This document shows positions 1 through 8,314 of a DNA stretch of 24,093 nt, one piece after another (positions within the stretch are counted from its first letter, which is position 1; every line of letters starts with the position of its first letter). The notes beneath the pieces are model-generated. The model worked only from the letters and a program-made list of their open reading frames with translations. It did no database searches and was not told where the DNA came from. This DNA is from a virus (Duplodnaviria; Caudoviricetes): positions 1 through 24,093 of IMG/VR virus record IMGVR_UViG_3300032305_000216, one strand, 5' to 3'. The position numbers were made by a program, and so were the translations under genes.

Positions 1-238
1 CTTTAAACTTTGCATCAGGATTAAATGCATCTGTTAATGATTTGGCATCACCAATTCTATCACGAAGTTCGGCTGCTTTTTGTGCAGCTTTAACTGCCTC
101 TGAAGATGTAGCACCAAACTTATCTGACAAAGATACTACCTCATTCTGTGCTTCTCTAAGTTGCTTTTTAAGTGAACCTATAGAGCTTTCAGCACCTGAT
201 GTATTTACGTTTACGTTTAAATTTAAATTCTCTGCCAT
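1..238 (-). CDS. Tape-measure-like protein, N-terminus (runs off the window start)
   Basis: Not in the ORF track. ATG at 238 overlaps the upstream stop (TAATG). Reads MAENLNLNVNVNTSGAESSIGSLKKQLREAQNEVVSLSDKFGATSSEAVKAAQKAAELRDRIGDAKSLTDAFNPDAKFK with no stop. Ala/Lys-rich coiled-coil character typical of tape measure N-termini, following tail genes. Confidence 0.7.
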   Translation of the reverse strand, partial: MAENLNLNVNVNTSGAESSIGSLKKQLREAQNEVVSLSDKFGATSSEAVKAAQKAAELRDRIGDAKSLTDAFNPDAKFK

Positions 239-2280
239 TAGTATGTTGTTTCAATTACTTTTAATAAACTTATTTTGGTCGTGTTATATTCCATAGGGTT
301 AAAATTTTCAACCGTATTTAATCTAAATAGAACCCCATCTATCCAAATATATTTGCTAAAATCTAAATTATTTATGTCTACTGTATTTAATAAAGCAGAA
401 CAGGTTAATAGTTTACTATCCTTACTTGTTATTTCTGCAATATAATTACTATGATATGCATTAAAAACATTTGCAGTTGGGAATGTAGTTGCAGTATATT
501 GTATTTCAAATGGCGCACCAAAGTTAATATCATTTGTAGGTGTAAAAGGGTCATTAAGATGCCCACCATATCCATAAGTAGTTACAGTATCAACTACTGT
601 TACTCCGTTTAATATATTATGGCTTGTTCTTCCTGTTATCTTTTTAGCTTGTAATATTCTAATAACACAATCCATTGAGTTCTCTTTGGTGTTATTATCT
701 GATACTTTATAAATAGCAGGGTATATCTTATCTGTGCCTACCTTTTGATACAATACACTAGAAGCAAATATTACATCAAGAGTATCTGTTTCTTTGCTAA
801 AATCATATTCAGTATCATAAATTCTATCACCATATCCTTCATTAAATTTTTTAGTATAGTTCTCATTATAAAAATCATTGTCCTGCTTAAACTTATAATT
901 AAAATATCTTGCATTTAATTCACTCATAGGCTTAATACTCAAAGGCTTAGACCTGTCAATTTTATTAGACCAATCTAAAGCATTAGCACTTGTATCAGAA
1001 TAAAAGTTAATGTAAGGCTTTATAATTATTTTTTTATCATTCCAAATATCTTCATAAACATATAAGTTAAACATTTTAACTATGCTTAAAAAGAAATCTC
1101 TTTGAAATACACCTCTAGGTATTGTATCATTAATAACTAATGAATCATTATAATTTACAGGTACAGGAACAAATGAATCTGAAAAAAATGATACCTGTGC
1201 TTCAGTTAATAAAACAGGTGGGTCATCTCTATTAGGTGCAGTATTTGTAAACCTAAATATAATAACATCTCCTGTATTTACTAACAATTCAAATCCTTCA
1301 TCTATTCCAAATCCCCCTACAAAATTAGAAGTATAAACTATAGTGCTATTTTTATAAATATTAAATGTGCCACTTGTAGAATCTCCACCAAAAGTGTATT
1401 GCATCTTTAAGTTTATAGAGACAGAACCTGAATATGTGAAAGTACTACCACCACCACCTACAGTTAATCCTGAACCTGTAATTGTATCAAATGCAACTGC
1501 ACTTGTACCTGTGATTTCTAAATTAGTTGTTCTTGTAGCTACATTTAAATTACCTGTTGTTTTAGTTAAACTTTTTTGATTATGTGGTATTACAAGTCTA
1601 TCAAAAAGTTGTTGGTCTCCTGCTAATAAATCTAATGTATAAGTATAATCTGTACCTGCAAAAATCTTTTGTATATATTCTTTAACATACAAAGCAGGTC
1701 TATATGCACTTACTTGAAAGTTTACTTTGTCAGTACTTACATTGCCATAGTCAATCAATGGGTAATAATACCCTGACCCTGCAATAGTATCCCAACTTGC
1801 TTTAATGTTTGTAATATTATAAGTATGGTTGTATGCGCTAAAATCTAAATCATCATCAATATTAGTATTACCTGATAATCTTTTATTTCCTAATGCAGTT
1901 ATAAAACCACCTAATTCTCCAAAAACAGAGCATTGGTATTCAATAGTTTTGTTATCAACTACAATTTCTAATATTCTTAATGTACCCTTAAATATCTGTA
2001 CTTTATCTATAAAGATTCTACATTGTGCTGACTTTGATGCATTAAAATTATAGTTAACATTAGGTAAACTATTGTCAGTAAAATTTGCATTACCTAAGTC
2101 AAAAATAAAACCAAATATTTTATTATTTGTAGCCGTACCTGAAATATTAATAGTCTTAGAATACGAAGTATTTCTACTGCCAAAGTCTTTAACATCATCT
2201 ATTGTATAATTAAATTCTGTACTTATATCTTGCAATAAGTCTAATTTGTATCCTTCAATATATATCTCTGTACTTATCAT
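238..2280 (-). CDS. Virion structural tail/baseplate protein (680 aa)
   Basis: Long beta-rich ORF coupled by TAATG overlaps on both sides. N-terminal 'LDLLQDISTEFNYTIDDVKDFGSRNTSYSKTINI' and 'YYYPLIDYG' resemble Bacteroidota phage tail proteins. Lies in the tail module. Confidence 0.65.
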   Translation of the reverse strand: MISTEIYIEGYKLDLLQDISTEFNYTIDDVKDFGSRNTSYSKTINISGTATNNKIFGFIFDLGNANFTDNSLPNVNYNFNASKSAQCRIFIDKVQIFKGTLRILEIVVDNKTIEYQCSVFGELGGFITALGNKRLSGNTNIDDDLDFSAYNHTYNITNIKASWDTIAGSGYYYPLIDYGNVSTDKVNFQVSAYRPALYVKEYIQKIFAGTDYTYTLDLLAGDQQLFDRLVIPHNQKSLTKTTGNLNVATRTTNLEITGTSAVAFDTITGSGLTVGGGGSTFTYSGSVSINLKMQYTFGGDSTSGTFNIYKNSTIVYTSNFVGGFGIDEGFELLVNTGDVIIFRFTNTAPNRDDPPVLLTEAQVSFFSDSFVPVPVNYNDSLVINDTIPRGVFQRDFFLSIVKMFNLYVYEDIWNDKKIIIKPYINFYSDTSANALDWSNKIDRSKPLSIKPMSELNARYFNYKFKQDNDFYNENYTKKFNEGYGDRIYDTEYDFSKETDTLDVIFASSVLYQKVGTDKIYPAIYKVSDNNTKENSMDCVIRILQAKKITGRTSHNILNGVTVVDTVTTYGYGGHLNDPFTPTNDINFGAPFEIQYTATTFPTANVFNAYHSNYIAEITSKDSKLLTCSALLNTVDINNLDFSKYIWIDGVLFRLNTVENFNPMEYNTTKISLLKVIETTY

Positions 2281-3506
2281 TATCTAAATTGACTTGTTAT
2301 ATATTTACCAACCTCAATATCTATTTCAAAGTTAAATAGCTTATCTGAAGTTTCTAACTTGTATTCGTAATTTGTGCTGCTAATTGTAACAGGGAAGTAT
2401 GCACCTTGCACCTCCATATAAACTATTGTACTTGCAAATAATTGTGCTAACCATTCGTAATCCTGTTGACTAACCCAATCAGAAATAAGATGAAATTTAT
2501 CCTTATGCTGAATAGCATAGTTTAAAGTCGTTTCATTGTACTTATTGTAAGCATCTATGTTAGTCATTGTATTACCTGATAACTGCCAATCATTGCGCCT
2601 ATATGATGCCCTTTCTACACTTGTTGACCTCTTATTAACTAGGGCAAATTTCATTGTATCCCAACCTCCTAATCTATTTAAGAAATGTAAGTTATACTGC
2701 TTATATTTAGGATAACACTTTTGTTTAAACTGTAGCTTTCTAGATACTGCCACCCCTCTTTTTAAATAAACATTATACCCATATGTATCTTCTGTTATTA
2801 AAGTTCTACCTGCAAAAGTATTAATATGTCCTGCCTGACAATTAAAAAGGTTCATTTCGCCTGTAAACGTAATGCCACCACTAACAGTATCTATAACTGT
2901 TCCTGATTCATTAATAGTTTCTATCCAAGCAAAGTATGTACCTGCAGTAATTTTAAAATATGTAGCATAAAAATTGTCTCCGTATTCTATTGTTATATTT
3001 TCTGCATCCCTTTCTGTAATCCAATCATCTGTAAAGTTTTCTAATAAAAGATTGTCATAATAATCTGATAAAACCAATGGTGTATTATTATTAACAAAAA
3101 GAATATCTGCAAACAATGGTGGGTAATAGTTATAAGCACTTAATGCGCCTGATACTAGACCTGCATTAGTTAGTAAGTTACCACCACTTACATATTCTTC
3201 TCCTACCTGTATTGTAGAATTAACTTTAATTTTATCATTAGATGCAACAAGAATAGAACTACCTGATGGTTCAAAGTAGTTTGTAACATATGCCCTAACC
3301 ATTGGTGATGCGTTAAATACACCATAGCTACCTTCTGCTGATGGTGATGGGTATACCTTAGTTCTGCTTACCTGTGCGCCATTAACGTACACATCATACA
3401 CAAATTTAAATGCAGTTTCTCCTACATTATTTGAACTAGAAACGTACCATAAGTCATCGTGCATACTTGAATAAGGTGCAGGACTACTTTGAATTGTTAT
3501 TGCCAT
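2280..3506 (-). CDS. Virion structural tail protein (408 aa)
   Basis: C-terminal 'LHFLNRLGGWDTMKF...LISDWVSQQDYEWLAQLFAST' motif recalled from Bacteroidota phage structural proteins; tail module context. Confidence 0.6.
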   Translation of the reverse strand: MAITIQSSPAPYSSMHDDLWYVSSSNNVGETAFKFVYDVYVNGAQVSRTKVYPSPSAEGSYGVFNASPMVRAYVTNYFEPSGSSILVASNDKIKVNSTIQVGEEYVSGGNLLTNAGLVSGALSAYNYYPPLFADILFVNNNTPLVLSDYYDNLLLENFTDDWITERDAENITIEYGDNFYATYFKITAGTYFAWIETINESGTVIDTVSGGITFTGEMNLFNCQAGHINTFAGRTLITEDTYGYNVYLKRGVAVSRKLQFKQKCYPKYKQYNLHFLNRLGGWDTMKFALVNKRSTSVERASYRRNDWQLSGNTMTNIDAYNKYNETTLNYAIQHKDKFHLISDWVSQQDYEWLAQLFASTIVYMEVQGAYFPVTISSTNYEYKLETSDKLFNFEIDIEVGKYITSQFR

Positions 3507-4152
3507 TGTTTATTTCTTTACCGATTTGTCTAATTTTAATTTGAATATCTTTGCCTAGTGCAGCCTCCATAATATCATAGAAGTTTTTACCAAATACTTC
3601 TTTTTCTGCATTGTCAAAATAATGAGTAGACCTAATACCTTTTCTATGTATTGACCTAGCTACAACATAAGCTAATGACTTTTTACTATCTATTGCTTTT
3701 AATTCTACACCTAGTTTGCTATATTTTTTTACTGAACTTACCTTTAATTTATTATATCCCAACCATCCCTGTACTGCTGATATTGGAATACTCTTTTTAG
3801 ATGGGTTAAATTTATAAGGTGTCTTTGAATCTGCCTTTATATTTTTAGTTCCTTTTACCCCTTTGTTTATGAAATCCCAATACTTTGAAGCCTTTTCTGA
3901 TTTAGGATACCCCAAAGAAATAGTATATGATGTGCCAAATTTAGTGAAATTCATACGAATATCATCAATAGCACCTGAAGCAATAGACCCATTTGCTTTT
4001 AGGTTTTTTTGAGCAGTTGTGATAAAATCAGCACCAAAGTCTTTTAACAGTCTTTCAATAATAGGTAGTTCTCCCTCTTTCATAGGTTGTTCACCTATTG
4101 TATTTAGGAAGCCATCTGCTATTGCTTGTGCCTGTGCTTTGGATATGCTCAT
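3484..4152 (-). CDS. Putative neck/tail-completion protein (HK97 gp10-like)
   Basis: 'IASGAIDDI...YWDFINKGVKG...VARSIHRKGIRSTHYF' pattern resembles HK97-gp10-like proteins. ATG at 4152 (MSISKAQ) preferred over 4173. Confidence 0.5.
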   Translation of the reverse strand: MSISKAQAQAIADGFLNTIGEQPMKEGELPIIERLLKDFGADFITTAQKNLKANGSIASGAIDDIRMNFTKFGTSYTISLGYPKSEKASKYWDFINKGVKGTKNIKADSKTPYKFNPSKKSIPISAVQGWLGYNKLKVSSVKKYSKLGVELKAIDSKKSLAYVVARSIHRKGIRSTHYFDNAEKEVFGKNFYDIMEAALGKDIQIKIRQIGKEINNGNNNSK

Positions 4153-4175
4153 ACAATAAATAGAATTATACACTT

Positions 4176-4210
4176 AAAATAACTATCCCCACCTTTTTAG
4201 GGATGGGGAA
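4176..4210 (-). terminator. Possible intrinsic terminator after the tail chaperone genes
   Basis: Minus-strand RNA UCCCCAUC-CCUAAAAA-GGUGGGGA (8 bp including one G-U) followed by UAGUUAUUUU; the U tract is imperfect. Confidence 0.45.
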
Positions 4211-4238
4211 GTAAACCAAAAATCCAACTATGAAAACC

Positions 4239-4518
4239 TTATCTAATCTTTTTTATCTGTTCGTTATCGTAATCTGTTTTAGATTTTAGATAGGACAATA
4301 TGTTTAAACACTCTATTGTGCTAAGTTCATACGCTTCGCTAACTTTGCAATTTTCGTACTCTGCAATAAGTTTGGTGGAATATTGCCATCCAAAATAATG
4401 CATAAACTTTGAACCACCTCTTTCGCTTGTTCCTGATTCATCCCTGCTTCCTGCAATTTCTTCTCCAAATAACCCTGTGAAACTTCTATCCAATTTCTGT
4501 ATACTTGATAAAAAAAAA
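4239..4518 (-). CDS. -1 frame extension of the tail assembly chaperone (gpGT-like C-terminal part)
   Basis: This frame is open from the T9 run at 4510-4518 (FFLSSIQKLDRSFTGLFG...FGWQY...CLNILSYLKSK). It has no good ATG start and is reached by a -1 slip from the 4313..4993 ORF. Confidence 0.75.
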
Positions 4519-4993
4519 CCAATGAATGATAAACATCAACAAACTTAGCATTTAGCATATCATTAGCATATTCCTGATGCATACCTGCATCGTACTTTTC
4601 ATTGAACCAAATACCAAATTTTCTCTTTTGTGGTATTACCATTGTAGCTGCTAACTTATGCAGGTTGCCATATAAATCTTCACTAAATACTTTACTTTCT
4701 ATATACCTTGCAAATGGCATCTTGCTAATATCATAGTTAATCTTGTACCTCTTATTGTGTGATATGCCTATATGCTTCTTAGGAGTGCCTTGTATCGGTT
4801 CATTTAAGAAAGCTATAGTTTTACTTAACTCTTTGTATTCATCTAAAGGAAGGCTATCTATTTGCATTTCAGTCAAGTTATTGACTATGCCTACCAATTT
4901 AACTTCTAGGTCTAAGTCAGTTGCATTCTTCTCCTTTGTATTAAGAGCATTGTATATCTGCTGATATTGCCAAACATTTATTTTATTCCACAT
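4313..4993 (-). CDS. Tail assembly chaperone (gpG-like), zero-frame product
   Basis: 226 aa containing GTT TTT TTT TAT (VFFY), a slippery site, with an overlapping -1 ORF; lies upstream of tail genes. Confidence 0.7.
   Translation of the reverse strand: MWNKINVWQYQQIYNALNTKEKNATDLDLEVKLVGIVNNLTEMQIDSLPLDEYKELSKTIAFLNEPIQGTPKKHIGISHNKRYKINYDISKMPFARYIESKVFSEDLYGNLHKLAATMVIPQKRKFGIWFNEKYDAGMHQEYANDMLNAKFVDVYHSLVFFYQVYRNWIEVSQGYLEKKLQEAGMNQEQAKEVVQSLCIILDGNIPPNLLQSTKIAKLAKRMNLAQ
4510..4518 (-). other. Programmed -1 frameshift slippery site (T TTT TTT)
   Basis: Nine consecutive A on the plus strand. The -1 frame stays open for about 90 codons after it, the classic G/GT arrangement. Confidence 0.75.
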
Positions 4994-5030
4994 AATGCCT
5001 TTATTTTAGTAAAGATAATACAATTAAATT

Positions 5031-5098
5031 AAAAAAACCACCCTAAGTTCCGTAATTACTATTTATTGTTTTTTAAATATTTAATATCTCAGGGTGGT
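5031..5098 (-). terminator. Terminator-like stem with a 40-nt loop closing the accessory island
   Basis: Minus-strand RNA ACCACCCUGAG (5098-5088) pairs with CUUAGGGUGGU (5047-5037), 11 bp including one G-U, followed directly by a U run. Confidence 0.55.
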
Positions 5099-5104
5099 AT
5101 GCTC

Positions 5105-5182
5105 TTAAATGTTTTGATATATCGCAACTACTAAGAATGCGAATATAAGAATAATAACGGCTTGTGTGTTTTTGTTTTTCAT
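5105..5182 (-). CDS. 25-aa single-pass membrane peptide
   Basis: Not in the track. MKNKNTQAVIILIFAFLVVAIYQNI*, with an A-rich leader, starting 5 nt after the upstream stop. Confidence 0.5.
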   Translation of the reverse strand: MKNKNTQAVIILIFAFLVVAIYQNI

Positions 5183-5187
5183 AATTT

Positions 5188-5361
5188 TTATTTTATTCTA
5201 TATAAAGATGGGTAATTTTCAAAAGTTTTTTTAGCTATTCTATCATATCCTGAACCTTTGAACCATACAAAAGAATTTGATATTTTATATATTATTGATT
5301 CTACCCAAATACCATTAGCAGTTTTATATTCAATAATAGTTCCTATATTTAAATTTTTCAT
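5188..5361 (-). CDS. Hypothetical protein (57 aa)
   Basis: Not in the track. MKNLNIGTIIEYKTANGIWVESIIYKISNSFVWFKGSGYDRIAKKTFENYPSLYRIK*; co-directional and fills the gap between neighbours. Confidence 0.6.
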   Translation of the reverse strand: MKNLNIGTIIEYKTANGIWVESIIYKISNSFVWFKGSGYDRIAKKTFENYPSLYRIK

Positions 5362-5370
5362 AATAAAAAT

Positions 5371-5394
5371 GTGCGTTGTTCAGTCGCACCCCTG
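5371..5394 (-). repeat. 24-nt hairpin element, copy 1 (CAGGGGTGCGACTGAACAACGCAC)
   Basis: 23/24 identical to 16280-16303 on the opposite strand; GTGCG/CGCAC stem. Confidence 0.85.
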
Positions 5395-5404
5395 TGTGGG
5401 TTAT

Positions 5405-5887
5405 TTAGAAGTTATAGTCATAGTGCTTATAAGGTTTTTCACTCATTCCCCATTTGCCCTTTCCCCAACCTTTGCTTGATAAATGTATTCTAACTATTGG
5501 TGCTTTTTCATTGCTAGTGTACTCATACGCTTGATTGTAATTATCAGAGCAATGAGCAGAAAATCCACCTATGTGAAATTGTTTAGGGAAAACAACCTGC
5601 TTAGTTTCTAATGCTCTTACTTCAACTACAGTAGGACTAACCTGTCTTATTACTTCATATGCTAAAACATCAGAATACATATAATAACTAATGTATTTTT
5701 TAACAGGGTATTTAAGTTTTGGTCTAGCATTTAAATACTTTTTTAATCTTTTTTCTGCATTGTAAATAAACTCATTAACTTCAGAAACTTCAGCTAAAGT
5801 ACATTTACTACCTGCTTCACAAAGTTCACCTGCAGTAATTAAGTTCTTTCTAAATTTGTTTGCTACTTGTAAAAATTGATTGTTCAT
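5405..5887 (-). CDS. Hypothetical accessory protein (160 aa)
   Basis: ATG with an A-rich leader (AAAAAAACCAACATT-ATG) downstream of its own promoter; no recognised family. Confidence 0.8.
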   Translation of the reverse strand: MNNQFLQVANKFRKNLITAGELCEAGSKCTLAEVSEVNEFIYNAEKRLKKYLNARPKLKYPVKKYISYYMYSDVLAYEVIRQVSPTVVEVRALETKQVVFPKQFHIGGFSAHCSDNYNQAYEYTSNEKAPIVRIHLSSKGWGKGKWGMSEKPYKHYDYNF

Positions 5888-5910
5888 AATGTTGGTTTTT
5901 TTTGATACAG

Positions 5911-6003
5911 TAAAGATATACTATGTTATCTACACTTTCCAAACATATTGCCAACTATTTTTAAACTTTGTGATGAACGGTAAATAAAGCTGATGAACGG
6001 TAA
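5911..6003 (-). promoter_or_regulatory. Bacteroidota-type promoter with an upstream 20-bp-phased direct repeat
   Basis: -7-like TATCTTTA at 5918-5911 and -33 TTTG at 5943-5940. TGATGAACGGTAA occurs at 5971-5983 and 5991-6003. Confidence 0.7.
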
Positions 6004-7155
6004 TTACATCATAGAATACCTACCTGACCCCCTTCTAATGCTAAAGTTAGACCACGCTAAAGCCAATGCCATTACGCAGTCATCGTGGAATCCTGATGGT
6101 GCAGAGTATTTAACGCCATTAGCCGTAAACTGATATTCAAAGACCTGCAGTTCATTTGTTATTGCGCCTTCAGGAAATCCTATTTTACGTTGTTGTATGG
6201 CAGTTGCAAGACCCTCCATAAGTTGCTGCTTACTTGAACTCGTAAACTTTAGACCTTCTATTGCAATACCTTCCCTTTGTAAGTCCTCTAGGATAGGGTC
6301 TCCTACACCTGTGCTATCTACCAATATAGGGCATTTAGGCAGCCTCTTTATATTCTCCTTAGTATTATGCCAATCCATTTGATACCTGTCAAAATAAGCA
6401 ACATTCCCTGCATTATCAAGACCTATGATTACTGTATGGTCTACAGACTTTGCAAGGTCAATACCAAATGCAACTATTTGTTGGTTGCTAATTGGCTTAA
6501 CGCAATCCTGAATAAACTTGTTACCAAATGGGTTTGCGCTATTCTCTGATGGGTTAGCCATATACTCCTGCTCAAATACTACATTTGGCAGTTGCATCCT
6601 AGCTTCATCTATTTCTTGTGGGTCTATATATGGATTGTCATAACTCGTAAACTTAAAGGATGCCCAATCATTTTCACCTGCTTTCATAAACAGGCTATAG
6701 AAATAGTTTTTACCTCTAGGGGTAGATAAGAAGATTGCCTTCCCTTTGTAATCGGTTAAAGTTGGTCTAATACTATTTTGCCATCCTGCTTCTAGGTCAG
6801 GTATGAAGGATGCTTCATCTATTATTACTAAATGAAACTTTCTACCTCTTAGGTTATCTAATCGTTCACCTGTAAAGAATTCTACCTGTCCACCATTGGG
6901 AAACTCTATTTTTAAATCAGACTTATTTTTAGGCAATTCTAGAGATTCAGTCAGCTTACTGAAGAAAACCTTAGCTAGTCCATAAGTAGGGGTAATATAA
7001 GCCACAGAGAGACCTTTAACGGCATATGTAACAGAAAGTATCTGTGATAGTTCTGACTTACCAAATCTACGACCACACATCACAACCCTAAAACGCTTAT
7101 CACATTCTAGGATTCTTTGTTGGTTTGCGTGAGGATTAGGTAAGAATATCTGCAT
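6004..7155 (-). CDS. terL: Terminase large subunit
   Basis: Walker A 'CGRRFGKS', 'LRGRKFHLVIIDEA' Walker B, 'STPRG' coupling motif, RNase H-like 'GIDLA' and C-terminal 'HDDCVMALALA'. Confidence 0.95.
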   Translation of the reverse strand: MQIFLPNPHANQQRILECDKRFRVVMCGRRFGKSELSQILSVTYAVKGLSVAYITPTYGLAKVFFSKLTESLELPKNKSDLKIEFPNGGQVEFFTGERLDNLRGRKFHLVIIDEASFIPDLEAGWQNSIRPTLTDYKGKAIFLSTPRGKNYFYSLFMKAGENDWASFKFTSYDNPYIDPQEIDEARMQLPNVVFEQEYMANPSENSANPFGNKFIQDCVKPISNQQIVAFGIDLAKSVDHTVIIGLDNAGNVAYFDRYQMDWHNTKENIKRLPKCPILVDSTGVGDPILEDLQREGIAIEGLKFTSSSKQQLMEGLATAIQQRKIGFPEGAITNELQVFEYQFTANGVKYSAPSGFHDDCVMALALAWSNFSIRRGSGRYSMM

Positions 7156-7532
7156 TATAAAATGGTTTTACCATCTACAAAGATTACTTCTATTTTATTA
7201 TCTGACTTAATATCCATTTGCTCCTTTGGTTTGCCATATACTCTAGTAAGTAAAGTGTCCAAAGAATACAGGCTGCCATTGCTCATAGACTTTAATATGG
7301 CTTTTGCTACTGTCTTTTCTAGTACAGTTGCTTTGTCATTTGTGCTAACTGATTTTAATTCTTCTTCATCCATAGACATTAAAGCCTGAATACTATCATT
7401 TATTTCTGATAGTTTATATCCCTGTTCTTTTAACAGGCTGACATATTTTCTAGGTCTACCATTTGGATTGCCTGATTCTCCTGCTTCAAATGGTTTTGCT
7501 CCTATTGGTGTAACTCCTTTTTCAAATGGCAT
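7155..7532 (-). CDS. terS: Terminase small subunit
   Basis: 'FEAGESGNPNGRP' N-terminal motif and 'RVYGKPKEQMDI'; coupled directly to terL. Confidence 0.8.
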   Translation of the reverse strand: MPFEKGVTPIGAKPFEAGESGNPNGRPRKYVSLLKEQGYKLSEINDSIQALMSMDEEELKSVSTNDKATVLEKTVAKAILKSMSNGSLYSLDTLLTRVYGKPKEQMDIKSDNKIEVIFVDGKTIL

Positions 7533-7549
7533 TTCTGTAATATTTCTGT

Positions 7550-7903
7550 TTATTTATCCAATTTTGCTTTAAAATGTTCACACAATACCTCCATCTTTGC
7601 TATGTAATATGTGCTAAAGTCTTTGTATCCATCGTTGTTCTGTTGATAGTTTATATATAAAATTCCCCTCAATCTTTGTGATGGGGTCTTATTTGTATCT
7701 AGGTCTGTTTTAATATCATCTAAGTTATCTAGTTCATCCTGTTGAAATGATTCCTCTTTGATAGCTATGTAACAGAATCTTTGGTTAAGTTGGAATACCT
7801 GTGCTGCATCTACAGGTGATAGTTCCTGTGTGCCAAAGGTAACTTTAATGGTCTTATCCTTTCTTGATGTTAACCCTTCTATTTGTGCAGGTAGTATTAT
7901 CAT
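7550..7903 (-). CDS. Hypothetical phage protein (117 aa)
   Basis: Co-directional ORF with a 'KTPSQRLRGILY' motif; ATGA-type packing with the HNH gene. Confidence 0.7.
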   Translation of the reverse strand: MIILPAQIEGLTSRKDKTIKVTFGTQELSPVDAAQVFQLNQRFCYIAIKEESFQQDELDNLDDIKTDLDTNKTPSQRLRGILYINYQQNNDGYKDFSTYYIAKMEVLCEHFKAKLDK

Positions 7904-8148
7904 CCTAGTTTTTCTTTATGTTTAGTTTTTAAATAGTCCATATGTGTTTTAGTATCCCCCATAACTAAATGACATTGCCTACATAATGCCATAAGGTTTT
8001 TAATATCATCAGCCTTTTTATCACCCCCCATTCCTCTTGCTTCTATGTGATGTATGTCTACTGCCTTTGCTCCACAGGATTCACACGGAATAAAATCTTC
8101 TATGCCATAACCAAAGTAATCTAGATATATTTTAGTGTGCTTCTTCAT
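7900..8148 (-). CDS. HNH endonuclease (packaging-associated)
   Basis: CESC...DIHHI...NLMALCRQCH; near the terminase genes. Confidence 0.85.
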   Translation of the reverse strand: MKKHTKIYLDYFGYGIEDFIPCESCGAKAVDIHHIEARGMGGDKKADDIKNLMALCRQCHLVMGDTKTHMDYLKTKHKEKLG

Positions 8149-8314
8149 TCATTAATATAAAGTTCAAAGATACGAATATGAATCCTATGTTTAAACTCTT
8201 ATGTAATTGTGCAAACTCATCTACTGAATATCCTATTGATATACCTAATTGTATAGTTTCTGTTAATACTCCTAATGATATTCTAAAGTTACCAAATTGT
8301 ATACAGTATTCCAT
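8132..8314 (-). CDS. Small hypothetical protein (60 aa)
   Basis: Overlaps both neighbours in tight operon packing. Confidence 0.5.
   Translation of the reverse strand: MEYCIQFGNFRISLGVLTETIQLGISIGYSVDEFAQLHKSLNIGFIFVSLNFILMNEEAH

Noticed and set aside
42-2053. Plus-strand ORFs 42..296, 1367..1579 and 1829..2053
   Set aside because: Antisense shadows of well-supported minus-strand structural genes.
4239-4493. Independent 84-aa gene starting at TTG 4493, or a sequencing-error pseudogene
   Set aside because: The frame is open back to the T9 run and both frames read as protein-like, which a programmed frameshift explains better.
5964-6003. Mini-CRISPR array interpretation of the TGATGAACGGTAA repeats
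   Set aside because: The repeats are 13 bp with 7-bp spacers, occur only in pairs and have no cas genes nearby; their position fits promoter elements.
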